Source of the DNA: an uncultured Erythrobacter sp.
GTDB taxonomy: Bacteria; Pseudomonadota; Alphaproteobacteria; Sphingomonadales; Sphingomonadaceae
Length of the DNA stretch: 64,000 nt
Reading direction: 5' to 3'
Assembly (NCBI GenBank): GCA_947503275.1
Contig: CANNCZ010000002.1
Location: forward strand, 452,733-516,732
In this document: in pieces, positions 1 through 14,278 of the stretch
Layout of the letters: every line of letters begins with the position of its first letter
How positions within the stretch are numbered: the first letter of the stretch is position 1
Notes under the pieces: model-generated
Seen by the model: only the letters and a program-made list of their open reading frames with translations
The model's database searches: none
What the model was told of the DNA's origin: nothing
Position numbers and translations under genes: made by a program

Positions 1-316
1 CACAGCCAGCGGATCAACCGCGCGCAGGGTTGCACGCGAACGTCCCGGCCCGCCAATGTTGGTGCTTACCCCGAGCATGCAAACCGCTCGCCGTGTCGCA
101 CTTTTATGGGGCGCCCATGCGGTCGCGACCAAGGATATTGGCAGCTTCGAAGAGATGATCGCCAAAGGCAAACGCATGGCACTGCGCCATGGCTTTGGCA
201 AAGCGGGGTCAAAACAGGTTGTGCTCGCCGGAGTGCCATTCGGGACACCCGGCGCAACAAACTTGCTGCATGTGGTGACGCTGACAGGCAATGAACTGGA
301 CAAGCATCAGGGCTGA
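1..316 (+). CDS. pyk: pyruvate kinase, C-terminal fragment (gene begins upstream of the window)
   Basis: The ORF is open to the 5' edge (frame of nt 2) with a stop at 314-316. The tail ...LTPSMQTARRVALLWGAHAV...GVPFGTPGATNLLHVV resembles the conserved C-terminal domain of pyruvate kinases. Confidence 0.8.
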   Translation, partial: TASGSTARRVARERPGPPMLVLTPSMQTARRVALLWGAHAVATKDIGSFEEMIAKGKRMALRHGFGKAGSKQVVLAGVPFGTPGATNLLHVVTLTGNELDKHQG

Positions 317-321
317 TCCGC

Positions 322-594
322 TCATTCCGTGAGATGCTCAAAAACCGGGCCGTACAAAGCTTCTTCAAAAGCTATACCGGCGCGCTGGTTTTCAATCCAA
401 ACGACGCTCGCTGGAATAAAACCAAGCCCGGGTAATTTGATTGATATCAGCTCTTCCGGTTTAACGGACCAGCCGCGCGAATCGACCATGCAGCCGCCGA
501 TAGTGATATCGAGCACCGGCATTTCCATTTTTGAACGCGTGCGATAGCGAACAATTGCGGTTAGCCCCGATTTGATTTTTGCACCGCTAGCCAT
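322..594 (-). CDS. PilZ domain-containing protein
   Basis: The track ORF opens with TTG at 609; I prefer the ATG at 594 (MASGAK...). RYRTR (RxxxR) and DITIGG (D-x-S/T-x-x-G-like) fit the c-di-GMP-binding PilZ signature. Confidence 0.65.
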   Translation of the reverse strand: MASGAKIKSGLTAIVRYRTRSKMEMPVLDITIGGCMVDSRGWSVKPEELISIKLPGLGFIPASVVWIENQRAGIAFEEALYGPVFEHLTE

Positions 595-694
595 AATGCC
601 CCCAACCAAACAGCTTCAGATTGCTTATACTACGATAAGCGTCACTGATTTGCGCTTGGTTAACAGCTCTACGATTGCGGTTTACTATTCTTGG

Positions 695-2020
695 TTAGCT
701 GGCGCTGCGCTCCAAGCGCGCCCGCGCCTCTTGTTCACCAATCAGGGGAAGCAACTCACTCATATCCGGGCCATGGTTCATGCCGGTTAGCGCTTGGCGC
801 AGTGGTAGGAACAGCATCTTGCCCTTGCGACCAGTCGCCTCTTTCAGCGCCGATGTCAGCGCACCCCACGGGTCATCACCCCACGCCAACGTCTCGCTCG
901 CTTGCGCAAGGTAGGCGCGGTCTTCATCTGAGAATTCGGGTTGTTCGATTGGCCCTGTGACCAACCGCCACCATTCACTCACCTCATTAACGGTCGCGAT
1001 ATTGGGCTGAACTGCGTGCCATCCGGCCTCGTCCATCCCCTCTGGCAAGCGATGCTTCACCGACGCATAGGGCATGGCGTGGACAAGGGCGGTGTTGACC
1101 CGCTCGAGCTCCGCATCATCAAATTTCGCAGGCGCTCGGCCAAACGTGGACAGATCGAATGTCTCAAGCAGTTTAGCCCGATCTGCGATTGGCTCCACCG
1201 GCAGAGATGTCCCGAGCCGTGCCAACAGCGCGATAATCGCCTCGGGCTCAATGCCCTTTTCACGCAATGCATCACAGCCTAGCGAGCCGAGCCGTTTGGA
1301 CAGTTTACCCTCGGTGCCGACCAGCAAAGCTTCGTGTGCGAACTTTGGCGGTGTCGCGCCCATCGCGGTGAACATCTGGATCTGCACTGCGGTGTTCGAA
1401 ACATGGTCTTCCCCGCGCAGAACCAGAGTCACACCCATTTCGACATCATCGACCGTGCTCGGCAACATATAGAGCCACGACCCATCGGCGCGGCGGATCA
1501 CCGGGTCTGAAAGGAGCGCAGGATCGAAATTGGCAGAGCCGCGCACGCCATCTTCCCAACTGAGCGGCTCGTCATGGTCGAGTTTAAAGCGCCAGTGCGG
1601 CTGAATACCTTCGGCTTCTTTTGCCGCGCGTTCTGCATCAGTCAGTTCAAGCGCACCGCGATCATAGATCGGTGGCTTTCCGCGTCCGAGCAGGACCTTG
1701 CGTTTCAGCTCCAGTTCCTGCTGAGTTTCATAGGCCGGGTAAATGCGACCGGCCGCGACCAGAGTGTCGAAAGCTGCCTGATAGCGGTCGAGCCGGGAAG
1801 ACTGGCGCTCTTCGCTGGTCGCCTCAATCCCAAGCCACGCAAGGTCCGCGCGGATCGCTTCGACATATTCCTCTTTGGATCGCGCCGCATCGGTATCGTC
1901 GATGCGCAAGATGAACTCACCGCCACTGATTTGCGCGAGCATCCAATTGTGGAGAGCGGTCCGGATATTGCCGACATGCAGGCGACCCGTGGGCGAAGGA
2001 GCGAAACGTGTAATCGTCAT
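695..2020 (-). CDS. gltX: glutamate--tRNA ligase
   Basis: ATG at 2020 gives the canonical N-terminus MTITRFAPSPTGRLHVGNIRTAL (HIGH-type motif). A KLSKR (KMSKS-type) motif is present. The 36 upstream codons of the track ORF look non-coding. Confidence 0.92.
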   Translation of the reverse strand: MTITRFAPSPTGRLHVGNIRTALHNWMLAQISGGEFILRIDDTDAARSKEEYVEAIRADLAWLGIEATSEERQSSRLDRYQAAFDTLVAAGRIYPAYETQQELELKRKVLLGRGKPPIYDRGALELTDAERAAKEAEGIQPHWRFKLDHDEPLSWEDGVRGSANFDPALLSDPVIRRADGSWLYMLPSTVDDVEMGVTLVLRGEDHVSNTAVQIQMFTAMGATPPKFAHEALLVGTEGKLSKRLGSLGCDALREKGIEPEAIIALLARLGTSLPVEPIADRAKLLETFDLSTFGRAPAKFDDAELERVNTALVHAMPYASVKHRLPEGMDEAGWHAVQPNIATVNEVSEWWRLVTGPIEQPEFSDEDRAYLAQASETLAWGDDPWGALTSALKEATGRKGKMLFLPLRQALTGMNHGPDMSELLPLIGEQEARARLERSAS

Positions 2021-2084
2021 GCCACGCGCGGTAGAACTCCGCGCGCTCACTCGCAACCGCTGAGTTTTACGGGTTGGTTGGTGC

Positions 2085-2525
2085 CTACATCGCTCTCGCC
2101 TCGGCAGCGGCCAATGCGAGCACTGCATCCCACAGACGGTGCTGGCGGTCAGGGCGGATTAGGCCGCCGATGGCGCGATCAAATCCCGCGCTATCGCAAT
2201 TGGCCGCGCTCTCTATCAGAGCGCCAATGGTGGCTTCATCATGGGTGAGTAGGCAGCAACAGAACCGGGATACGCGGATGTTTTCGGGCCAAGTCGCGCC
2301 GATCACCTGTCCGAGCGCCAATGACTTCGCCGCGACCTCCACACTGCCGAGCCGCGTGGCAAGCTCGGGCACAGGGTCACGCCGCGCATGTTCATGAAGG
2401 GCAATCAGCCTAAGCGAGTAGACAAAGCGCGCAGCAATTGGATGAATCGCGTCGATGCGTGGCGGCTGTGCAAGTTTTGCGATCGTGGCTTTGCGCGCGG
2501 CACTGGCTGAACGACTTAGGGGCAT
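2085..2525 (-). CDS. hypothetical protein (146 aa)
   Basis: Single ATG start at 2525, with GGAGGA 11 nt upstream. I recognise no motif. Confidence 0.45.
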   Translation of the reverse strand: MPLSRSASAARKATIAKLAQPPRIDAIHPIAARFVYSLRLIALHEHARRDPVPELATRLGSVEVAAKSLALGQVIGATWPENIRVSRFCCCLLTHDEATIGALIESAANCDSAGFDRAIGGLIRPDRQHRLWDAVLALAAAEARAM

Positions 2526-2534
2526 GGCGAAGTG

Positions 2535-2571
2535 ATTCCTCCTGTCTGCCGGGTGTGGCGACAGGAGGAAT
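2535..2571 (-). promoter_or_regulatory. perfect 12-bp hairpin that includes the Shine-Dalgarno of the 2085-2525 ORF
   Basis: ATTCCTCCTGTC (2535-2546) and GACAGGAGGAAT (2560-2571) are exact reverse complements separated by 13 nt. On the minus-strand mRNA the 3' arm contains the GGAGGA RBS. Confidence 0.45.
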
Positions 2572-2605
2572 ATGGCTTAAATGCAAATGGTTCGCAATAG
2601 CTATA

Positions 2606-3319
2606 TTAGCCCGGTACAATCGTGAAACTGTGCTCAATGTACAGGAAAACCTCGGTCTCGCTCGCCTGTTGCCAATAGAGATCACCGTCCAAGCCCTCTA
2701 TACGAACACCATATCCGCTGCCGAACATGCCTGCATAGCTGGTCGATTCCTCGGCGATATGGCGTACCACGGCCCCGCGATATTGTTCGGGGTTGTCAAT
2801 TGCGAGCGAAGTTGCGCCCACGTCGATAAAAGAGCGTCCGGTGGCCGGGATCTCTTTGACGAATGCGGCAATGCGCTCAGCTGTCGCGCGGACACTTGCA
2901 CCTTCACCACGCAATGGAATGCGCGCATAAATCTGTACCCGGTTGGTGTCGGGACGATTACCACCAGTTACCGGCAGTTGCCGCATATTGGCGCGCGTCA
3001 CCGGCTCCAAAGTGTAGCGACCGGCAACCAATGTGATCCCCTCACTGCCTGCAGCATCCAACGTCGCGCCCAACATTTCGAACAGCTCTTGAGTGCGCAA
3101 ATTGCGGTCACGCGAATCCGAGCTCACGAACAATGGCGTCACAAAATAGTCGGCCTGACGGGTGACGCCGATGGCCGGTGGCCCATTCGATGTGAAATAG
3201 GCATTCATGGCAGAGCGGTCTTGCCGCGCGGCTGTGACCACTACGGTATCCTGCGCCAAAACCGGGGTCGCCGTGAGCAGTGCGGCAAACGTTCCAGCGA
3301 CAATTGCGAATTTCTTCAT
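2606..3319 (-). CDS. secreted hypothetical protein (237 aa)
   Basis: ATG at 3319 is preceded by GGAGGA (rc of 3325-3330). The N-terminus MKKFAIVAGTFAALLTATPVLAQD is a Sec signal peptide. The longer track ORF (to 3601) would overlap the rpoC 3' end and the rpoC terminator. Confidence 0.6.
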   Translation of the reverse strand: MKKFAIVAGTFAALLTATPVLAQDTVVVTAARQDRSAMNAYFTSNGPPAIGVTRQADYFVTPLFVSSDSRDRNLRTQELFEMLGATLDAAGSEGITLVAGRYTLEPVTRANMRQLPVTGGNRPDTNRVQIYARIPLRGEGASVRATAERIAAFVKEIPATGRSFIDVGATSLAIDNPEQYRGAVVRHIAEESTSYAGMFGSGYGVRIEGLDGDLYWQQASETEVFLYIEHSFTIVPG

Positions 3320-3384
3320 GTGATATCCTCCCCTTGAAATAGGTAAGGGCAACATGGCTGAACCAATCCGTCTGCCGCATGAAC

Positions 3385-3427
3385 CACAAACAAAGACCCC
3401 GCCGAGGCACTGGGCCACGGCGGGGTC
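3385..3427 (-). terminator. rho-independent terminator of rpoC
   Basis: On the minus strand, GACCCCGCCG-13 nt-CGGCGGGGTC is followed by TTTGTTTGTG, 27 nt after the rpoC stop. Confidence 0.7.
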
Positions 3428-3453
3428 ATTGACTTGGCATTGAGCCGTTCGGC

Positions 3454-6400
3454 TTATTCGGCGGCCGGGGTCTCCGGTGTTTCCGTAGAAGCACCTCCAC
3501 CCATGGCAGCTTTCATTGCCTCTTCGCTCGACACAGGATCTGCAGCGGGCTCTGGCTCGACGGCATTTGCCGCGGCGAGCGCATCCTGCTGCTTCTTCCA
3601 TTGCGCCTTCAACGCGGCATCACGGCTTGAGGCAGTGACACGCATACGGTTCATGCCCGAACCCGTACCTGCCGGGATCAAGCGCCCAACGATCACGTTT
3701 TCCTTAAGCCCGATCAGCGTGTCTTTCTTACCCTCAACCGAAGCCTGGGTCAGAACGCGAGTCGTCTCTTGGAAAGATGCTGCCGAGATAAAGCTGCGCG
3801 TTTGCAGGCTGGCCTTGGTGATCCCCAACAGGATCGGCACACCTTCAGCAGGCTTCTTCGATTTCGTCAGCTTCGCGTTGTATTCAAGCATTTCGGCCAG
3901 ATCGACCTGTTCGCCCGGAAGCAACGTGGTGTCGCCGCCATTGGTGATCTCAACTTTTTGCAGCATCTGGCGAACGATCACCTCAATGTGCTTGTCGTTG
4001 ATTTTCACGCCTTGCAGTCGGTAGACTTCCTGGATCTCGTTGACGAGATATTCGGCCAACGCCTCAACACCCATCACCTCAAGAATGTCGTGCGGGTTCG
4101 GCGCGCCGGAAACAAGGGTATCACCCTTCTTCACGAAATCGCCTTCTTGCACGTCGATCACCTTCGTCTTGGCGATCAGATACTCGACTGCATCGCCTTC
4201 CTCAGGGACAATCGCGATCTTACGTTTCGCTTTGTATTCGCGAACAAATTCGATCTTGCCAGAGATCTTGGCGATCACCGACATATCCTTTGGCAGGCGT
4301 GCTTCGAACAGCTCGGCAACACGCGGCAGACCACCGGTGATGTCGCGCGTCTTGGCAGCTTCGCGGCTGGCACGAGCGAGGATGTCGCCGGCATCAACCG
4401 TTTGGCCGTCTTCGACCGAAAGCGTGGTGCCCGGTGCCAGCATATAACGCTGTGCCTCGGTCTCATCCGCATCGGTTTGACCTTCACCAAGAAGCGTCAT
4501 GCGCGGACGCAGTTCCTCTTTCTTCTTGCGACCGGTTGCCCGGTTTTCGGTCACGATACGCTGAGCGATACCGGTTGCATCATCAGTCAACTCTTCGAGC
4601 GTCGTGCCCTCGACCAGATCCTGATACTTCACAACGCCCGATTGCTCGGTGATGATCGGCAGAGTGAACGGGTCCCATTCAGCGAGACGATCACCCACCT
4701 TCACCTTCGCGCCGTTCTTGAACATTAGCATGGTACCATAGGGAACCTTGTGCATTTCACGTTCGCGGCCCTCGGCATCGATCACGGCGATTTCACCGTT
4801 ACGAGCGAGCGACAGGATGCGACCCTTCTTGTCGGTAATGGTCGGCATATCGCGCAGCTCGATCTTACCATCGGAGATCGATTCCAGATGCGACGTCTCG
4901 TTAAGCTGAGCCGCGCCGCCAATGTGGAACGTCCGCATTGTCAGCTGAGTGCCCGGCTCACCGATAGACTGAGCAGCGATAACGCCGACAGCTTCACCGA
5001 TATTCACCGGAGTACCGCGAGCAAGATCACGGCCATAGCATGTACCGCAAACACCTTGATCGGCTTCGCAAACCAGTGGTGAACGGATCTTGGCGGACTG
5101 AACTTCAGCCGCTTCGATTTCCACCACCATCGGCTCATCTACGAGAGTGCCCGCTTTCACGATCACTTCGCCGGTCGACGCGTTGACGATGTCCTCAGCC
5201 ACTGTGCGGCCCAGAATACGTTCACCCAAAGACGCAATAACCGAACCACCTTGAACGATGGCGCGCATTTCCAGCGCGTTTTCGGTCTTACAATTCTCAA
5301 CCACGATCGTGCAGTCCTGCGACACATCGACCAGGCGGCGGGTCAGGTAACCTGAGTTCGCTGTCTTAAGCGCGGTATCGGCAAGACCTTTACGCGCGCC
5401 ATGGGTTGAGTTGAAGTATTCAAGGACGGACAGGCCTTCCTTAAAGTTCGAGATAATCGGCGTTTCGATAATCTCGCCCGAAGGTTTCGCCATCAGACCA
5501 CGCATACCAGCGAGCTGCTTCATCTGCGCTGGCGAACCACGCGCACCGGAGTGGCTCATCATATAGATCGAGTTAATCGGCGCCTCACGCCCATCCTTAT
5601 CGATCGGTGTCGCCTTAATCTCAGCCATCATAGCGTCAGCGACGAGGTCACCACACTTGGACCAGGCATCGATCACCTTGTTATATTTTTCCTGCTGAGT
5701 GATCAGACCGTCCTGATATTGCTGTTCGTAGTCAGCAACCAGAGCTTTCGTCTCATCGACCATGCCGACCTTAGCATCAGGGATGATCATATCATCCTTA
5801 CCAAAACTGATGCCGGCCTTAAACGCGTGGCGGAAGCCAAGCGTCATGATCGCATCGGCAAACAGAACCGTGTCTTTTTGGCCTGTGTGACGATACACTT
5901 CGTCGATCACATCACCGACATCCTTCTTGGTGAGAAGGCGGTTGATAATGTCGAATGGCACCTTGTGATTTTTCGGCAGGCATTCTCCCAGCAGCATCCG
6001 GCCCGGCGTCGTTTCAAAACGCTTGAGGACGATATTGCCCTTTTCATCAGCCTGCGGAACGCGGGCGAGGATTTTGGAGTGCAGCGTGACCGCTTTGGTC
6101 TCAAGCGCTTGGTGCACTTCGGCCATATCGGCAAAGCGTGGCAGCCTTTCGACCTTCGAGCCGTCTTCATTCTCAAGGTATTCAGGCGTCTTTTCCTGAC
6201 GTTCCATCGAGAGGTAATAGATACCCAGAACCATATCCTGTGACGGAACGATGATAGGCTTACCGTTCGCTGGCGACAGGATGTTGTTGGTCGACATCAT
6301 CAAAACGCGCGCTTCGAGCTGCGCTTCGAGTGACAGCGGCACGTGGACCGCCATTTGGTCGCCATCAAAGTCAGCGTTGAACGCAGAACAGACCAGAGGG

Positions 6401-7752
6401 TGAAGCTGGATAGCCTTACCTTCGATCAGAACCGGTTCGAACGCTTGGATGCCAAGACGGTGAAGCGTCGGCGCACGGTTCAGCAGAACCGGGTGCTCAC
6501 GGATCACTTCGTCAAGGATGTCCCAGACTTCCTTGCGCTCTTTCTCAACCCATTTCTTCGCTTGCTTCAGAGTCATCGAGAGACCCTTGGCATCGAGGCG
6601 TGCGTAGATAAATGGCTTGAACAGCTCGAGCGCCATCTTCTTTGGCAGACCGCACTGGTGCAGTTTCAATTCCGGGCCGGTCACGATGACCGAACGACCG
6701 GAATAATCGACGCGCTTACCGAGCAAGTTTTGGCGGAAGCGGCCTTGCTTACCTTTCAGCATGTCAGACAGCGACTTCAGCGGACGCTTGTTAGCACCCG
6801 TGATCACGCGGCCGCGGCGGCCATTGTCGAACAGCGCATCGACAGCTTCCTGAAGCATACGCTTCTCGTTCCGGACGATGATGTCCGGCGCGCGCAGTTC
6901 GATTAGACGCTTCAGGCGGTTGTTGCGGTTGATGACGCGACGATACAGATCGTTGAGGTCGGAAGTCGCGAAACGGCCACCATCCAGCGGCACCAGCGGG
7001 CGCAGCTCAGGCGGAATCACAGGGATCACTTCGAGGATCATCCACTCAGGGCGGTTGCCTGAATCGATGAAGCTCTCAACAACCTTCAAACGCTTGATGA
7101 TCTTCTTAGGCTTGAGCGTCGATTTGGTAACCGCCAGCTCTTCCATAAGGTCGTCGCGCTCTTGCTCCAGATCGAGATCCATCAGCATGACTTTGACCGC
7201 TTCCGCACCGATATCGGCGGAGAACGCATCTTCGCCATACTCGTCTTGCGCTTCGAGCAGCTCGTCTTCAGTCAGCAGCTGGAACTTTTCAAGCGGGGTC
7301 AGGCCCGGCTCGATCACAACATAGCTTTCGAAATAGAGGATGCGCTCAAGCTGCTTGAGCTGAATGTCGAGCAGCAAGCCAATGCGCGAAGGCAAAGATT
7401 TGAGATACCAGATGTGCGCAACCGGAGCGGCCAGCTCGATGTGACCCATACGCTCACGGCGCACCTTGGTGACGGTGACTTCAACGCCGCATTTCTCGCA
7501 GACGACGCCTTTATATTTCATCCGCTTGTACTTACCGCACAGGCACTCGTAGTCCTTTACCGGACCAAAGATGCGCGCGCAGAACAGGCCGTCACGCTCA
7601 GGCTTGAACGTACGATAGTTGATGGTTTCCGGCTTTTTGATTTCGCCGAAGGACCAGCTGCGAATGCGCTCTGGCGATGCGATCCCAATTTGGATCTGGT
7701 CAAAGGTTTCCGGCTTAGCCAGCTGGTTGGTGAATTTGGTCAGTTCATTCAT
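3454..7752 (-). CDS. rpoC: DNA-directed RNA polymerase subunit beta'
   Basis: 1432-aa ORF. It has the catalytic [12 protein letters not shown] motif, an N-terminal zinc-ribbon Cys cluster ([20 protein letters not shown]), and full-length beta' similarity. Confidence 0.98.
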   Translation of the reverse strand: MNELTKFTNQLAKPETFDQIQIGIASPERIRSWSFGEIKKPETINYRTFKPERDGLFCARIFGPVKDYECLCGKYKRMKYKGVVCEKCGVEVTVTKVRRERMGHIELAAPVAHIWYLKSLPSRIGLLLDIQLKQLERILYFESYVVIEPGLTPLEKFQLLTEDELLEAQDEYGEDAFSADIGAEAVKVMLMDLDLEQERDDLMEELAVTKSTLKPKKIIKRLKVVESFIDSGNRPEWMILEVIPVIPPELRPLVPLDGGRFATSDLNDLYRRVINRNNRLKRLIELRAPDIIVRNEKRMLQEAVDALFDNGRRGRVITGANKRPLKSLSDMLKGKQGRFRQNLLGKRVDYSGRSVIVTGPELKLHQCGLPKKMALELFKPFIYARLDAKGLSMTLKQAKKWVEKERKEVWDILDEVIREHPVLLNRAPTLHRLGIQAFEPVLIEGKAIQLHPLVCSAFNADFDGDQMAVHVPLSLEAQLEARVLMMSTNNILSPANGKPIIVPSQDMVLGIYYLSMERQEKTPEYLENEDGSKVERLPRFADMAEVHQALETKAVTLHSKILARVPQADEKGNIVLKRFETTPGRMLLGECLPKNHKVPFDIINRLLTKKDVGDVIDEVYRHTGQKDTVLFADAIMTLGFRHAFKAGISFGKDDMIIPDAKVGMVDETKALVADYEQQYQDGLITQQEKYNKVIDAWSKCGDLVADAMMAEIKATPIDKDGREAPINSIYMMSHSGARGSPAQMKQLAGMRGLMAKPSGEIIETPIISNFKEGLSVLEYFNSTHGARKGLADTALKTANSGYLTRRLVDVSQDCTIVVENCKTENALEMRAIVQGGSVIASLGERILGRTVAEDIVNASTGEVIVKAGTLVDEPMVVEIEAAEVQSAKIRSPLVCEADQGVCGTCYGRDLARGTPVNIGEAVGVIAAQSIGEPGTQLTMRTFHIGGAAQLNETSHLESISDGKIELRDMPTITDKKGRILSLARNGEIAVIDAEGREREMHKVPYGTMLMFKNGAKVKVGDRLAEWDPFTLPIITEQSGVVKYQDLVEGTTLEELTDDATGIAQRIVTENRATGRKKKEELRPRMTLLGEGQTDADETEAQRYMLAPGTTLSVEDGQTVDAGDILARASREAAKTRDITGGLPRVAELFEARLPKDMSVIAKISGKIEFVREYKAKRKIAIVPEEGDAVEYLIAKTKVIDVQEGDFVKKGDTLVSGAPNPHDILEVMGVEALAEYLVNEIQEVYRLQGVKINDKHIEVIVRQMLQKVEITNGGDTTLLPGEQVDLAEMLEYNAKLTKSKKPAEGVPILLGITKASLQTRSFISAASFQETTRVLTQASVEGKKDTLIGLKENVIVGRLIPAGTGSGMNRMRVTASSRDAALKAQWKKQQDALAAANAVEPEPAADPVSSEEAMKAAMGGGASTETPETPAAE

Positions 7753-7818
7753 GACTTAGTTCCCTCAGGGGGTGAATTCTTAAAGAGCGGTTGGGAGGGG
7801 GCCAAAGCCCCGCTCCTT

Positions 7819-12063
<4,245 letters not shown>

Positions 12064-12341
12064 GCAGCATTATGCCGCCCGCTGATTGAATACTCATATC
12101 GTCACGCGAGACGGGTTTGCATATCCGACGCAAAAACGCCGCACCCTATTGTGCCGCCCTTTCGGGCAGCTGGGTGCAGCTGAATATCGTCGCGAATATG
12201 GCAAAGCGCCGCTTCCATTCTTGAGACCGATTCCCGCGTATGAATCGACTCTGCTCGAAGCTGGCCTGTGCAAGCCATGTAGGAATAGGTCGCGCGCAGG
12301 TCAACACCAGTGTGCGGCGTGCGAAAAACCTGCGGCTAGGC

Positions 12342-13367
12342 TTAGCTCGCGTTCCAGATGATCACTTCATTGGAATTGTGCGCGCAGCCGACCGAAATCG
12401 CATCTCCAGTTTGCGTTTCCAGCGGTTCGGCAAAGGGCTCAAACCGCACCGACCAATGCAATTGCCTGTCCCCGCCCGGCTTGTTCTCATAATGAATGTC
12501 GCTGTCGCATTCGATCCGCATCCAATACATCACGCCATTCACCCGTCCCCCACTCGAAGTAAGCGTCGTGATTGTGCGGTCACGGGTGGCAACAGGGTGA
12601 TCTGGCAGGAACTCAATATCGCACAAAGTCGCCGCTTCACCGCGTTGATAGGGCAGCGCGTCAGCCGGGTTGATCATCGCGTGATAGTTGAGCTGCTCTT
12701 CCAGCAATGACAGGTCGAACCCTGCAACATCGCCAATCGGATCACCCAGATCATAATGCGCCAGCGACCCGATGATCGACACTTTGGGTGGCAGGAAGAT
12801 CGCGCCCGGCACCGTCAATTCGCTGGCGGCATGGGCATGCGTCTGGATCAACGATTCTCCGATGATATTGGCAGTGTAGAGTTCGGATAGAACCGCATCG
12901 ACTCCGCCGCCCAGGTCGCGATCTCTGTCCAGATCAAGCGAATTGGCCCGCAACAAAGTGATTTTGTCGGACATCCCATTTTTGGCGATAATGTCCCGCG
13001 CCAGATCAGCCTTGTTCGCGTTGATTTCGCACGCATAGACATGCTCAGCGCCCGCCCGCACAGCCATCATTGAAAGCAGCCCGGTACCTGTCCCGATATC
13101 TAGTATCCGGCGGCCCGGCGCATGACGGCGCAACATCGCATCATAGGCCTCGTTACGCGGACGGTCGGCGAGCATCTGGCGGTGATAATAGTGCACCCGA
13201 TAGGCGAGGAACATGCGAACCGCGGCCACCATCTCTGGGTTACCACCACAGTCGGCGAGCGCCTGCTTCACGAGCGCAATAGCCTGATCCCCGTTGCCAT
13301 TGTCGCGCAGGACCGAACAGAAGGCGAAGAGCTCTTGCGGTTCATCAAACATTGAATTGATCGCCAT
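12342..13367 (-). CDS. class I SAM-dependent methyltransferase with a protein arginine methyltransferase (PRMT)-like signature
   Basis: ATG at 13367 (MAINSMF...). Motifs: HRQMLADRPRNEAY (HxxMLxDxxRxxxY), ILDIGTGTGLLSMMAVRAGA (motif I), VYACE (post-I), SELYTANIIGES (E-x8-E double-E loop), and LHW (THW-like loop). Confidence 0.75.
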   Translation of the reverse strand: MAINSMFDEPQELFAFCSVLRDNGNGDQAIALVKQALADCGGNPEMVAAVRMFLAYRVHYYHRQMLADRPRNEAYDAMLRRHAPGRRILDIGTGTGLLSMMAVRAGAEHVYACEINANKADLARDIIAKNGMSDKITLLRANSLDLDRDRDLGGGVDAVLSELYTANIIGESLIQTHAHAASELTVPGAIFLPPKVSIIGSLAHYDLGDPIGDVAGFDLSLLEEQLNYHAMINPADALPYQRGEAATLCDIEFLPDHPVATRDRTITTLTSSGGRVNGVMYWMRIECDSDIHYENKPGGDRQLHWSVRFEPFAEPLETQTGDAISVGCAHNSNEVIIWNAS

Positions 13368-13469
13368 GGCCGCTCGCCTAACCGCGTGCCTGCCCGGCGT
13401 CAAACAACACGGCCACGGGTAAAAGTAACGCAAAACGATAAGCCTCATATTGTTTTTCAATATTATTGA

Positions 13470-13498
13470 TTGACAATAAATCGAATCGCTCCTAGTTC
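13470..13498 (+). promoter_or_regulatory. candidate sigma-70-type promoter for the small-ORF/DUF2975/HTH operon
   Basis: TTGACA (13470-13475), a 17-nt spacer, then TAGTTC (13493-13498), inside an AT-rich divergent intergenic region. Confidence 0.3.
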
Positions 13499-13539
13499 GT
13501 GATTATCGAATTTCAATAAACCACATCAAGGAGAACGAT

Positions 13540-13680
13540 ATGTCACAGAATTTCACAAACTCGCTCGCCGCTTTCGCAGCTGTCATCCTCGCCATCACGT
13601 CGATTGGCGCAATTGTAAGTGTACCGCCTGCATCCGCTCAGACCCCAAGCAGCCCGATCACCATGACCGAGCTCGCTTGA
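13540..13680 (+). CDS. small signal-peptide/membrane protein (46 aa), absent from the supplied ORF track
   Basis: AAGGAGA (13528-13534) lies 5 nt before the ATG at 13540. Product: MSQNFTNSLAAFAAVILAITSIGAIVSVPPASAQTPSSPITMTELA. The TGA is at 13678-13680, 23 nt before the next start. Confidence 0.5.
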   Translation: MSQNFTNSLAAFAAVILAITSIGAIVSVPPASAQTPSSPITMTELA

Positions 13681-13703
13681 GCCGAAATGAAGGGAGGAAA
13701 CCA

Positions 13704-14249
13704 ATGACAGACAAACCCAACGATTTGCTGCTGCTAGCTGCGAAGGTTCTAACCATACTGATACAGATTGTGCTGTGCGTGGCTGCTGCCGCTCTTGTGC
13801 TGGCCGTGCCGCTGATGCTCATCTTTCAAGACATGATCAATGCCGAGATCACTAAAGATTTCGGCAATGCTGTAGGCGCATTCCCCGCGTTCGCTTTTGC
13901 CGCTGTTTTGACCCTTATTCTCGGGCTACTAGGCCTTGGTTTTGTGTTCTTTGGCAAGCTGCGCGCAATTGTGTCGACGGTGGGCGAAGGCGACCCTTTC
14001 GCACACGAAAACGCCAATAGGCTTAACCTTATGGGCTGGATCACGCTTGCAAGCCAAGTCTTGCTGATCCCCATTGCCGGGCTTTTTCTGCTGATCGCAA
14101 AGTGGGCCGAACCGATGGATAACGCAGACATTACAATTGATGCAGGTTTCGACATTGAGGGGATTTTGCTCGCAATCATCCTGTTCATTCTTGCCCGGGT
14201 GTTCAAACATGGCGCAGCGATGCGCGACGACCTAGAAGGGACCGTGTGA
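13704..14249 (+). CDS. DUF2975 domain-containing membrane protein
   Basis: GGGAGG precedes the ATG at 13704. It has four hydrophobic helices, and the conserved GDPF (here EGDPFAHENANRL) loop is typical of DUF2975. It is followed by its usual HTH partner. Confidence 0.75.
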   Translation: MTDKPNDLLLLAAKVLTILIQIVLCVAAAALVLAVPLMLIFQDMINAEITKDFGNAVGAFPAFAFAAVLTLILGLLGLGFVFFGKLRAIVSTVGEGDPFAHENANRLNLMGWITLASQVLLIPIAGLFLLIAKWAEPMDNADITIDAGFDIEGILLAIILFILARVFKHGAAMRDDLEGTV

Positions 14250-14278
14250 TGCCAGCTGATGACGAAGGAGCAACGATC

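Noticed and set aside
2021-2128. The supplied ORFs have N-terminal extensions: gltX, and likewise hisS to 47340, the cdc48-like gene to 33764, hbd to 61673, DUF305-LVIVD to 26678, and the secreted protein to 3601.
   Set aside because: In each case an internal ATG gives the canonical family N-terminus or a signal peptide, often with an RBS. The upstream extensions are Arg/Cys/Ser-rich and look non-coding.
12125-12175. A possible hairpin plus T5 on the minus strand (GCACCC...GGGTGCGGCGTTTTT) lies between the methyltransferase stop and rpoB. It could be a terminator or attenuator.
   Set aside because: The stem is irregular with a large interior. I cannot fold it reliably by eye, so I did not list it as a feature.
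12086-12710. Plus-strand ORFs (12086-12361, 12240-12710) lie in the rpoB upstream region and antisense to the methyltransferase.
   Set aside because: They show no RBS or motifs, and they overlap the well-supported minus-strand methyltransferase frame.
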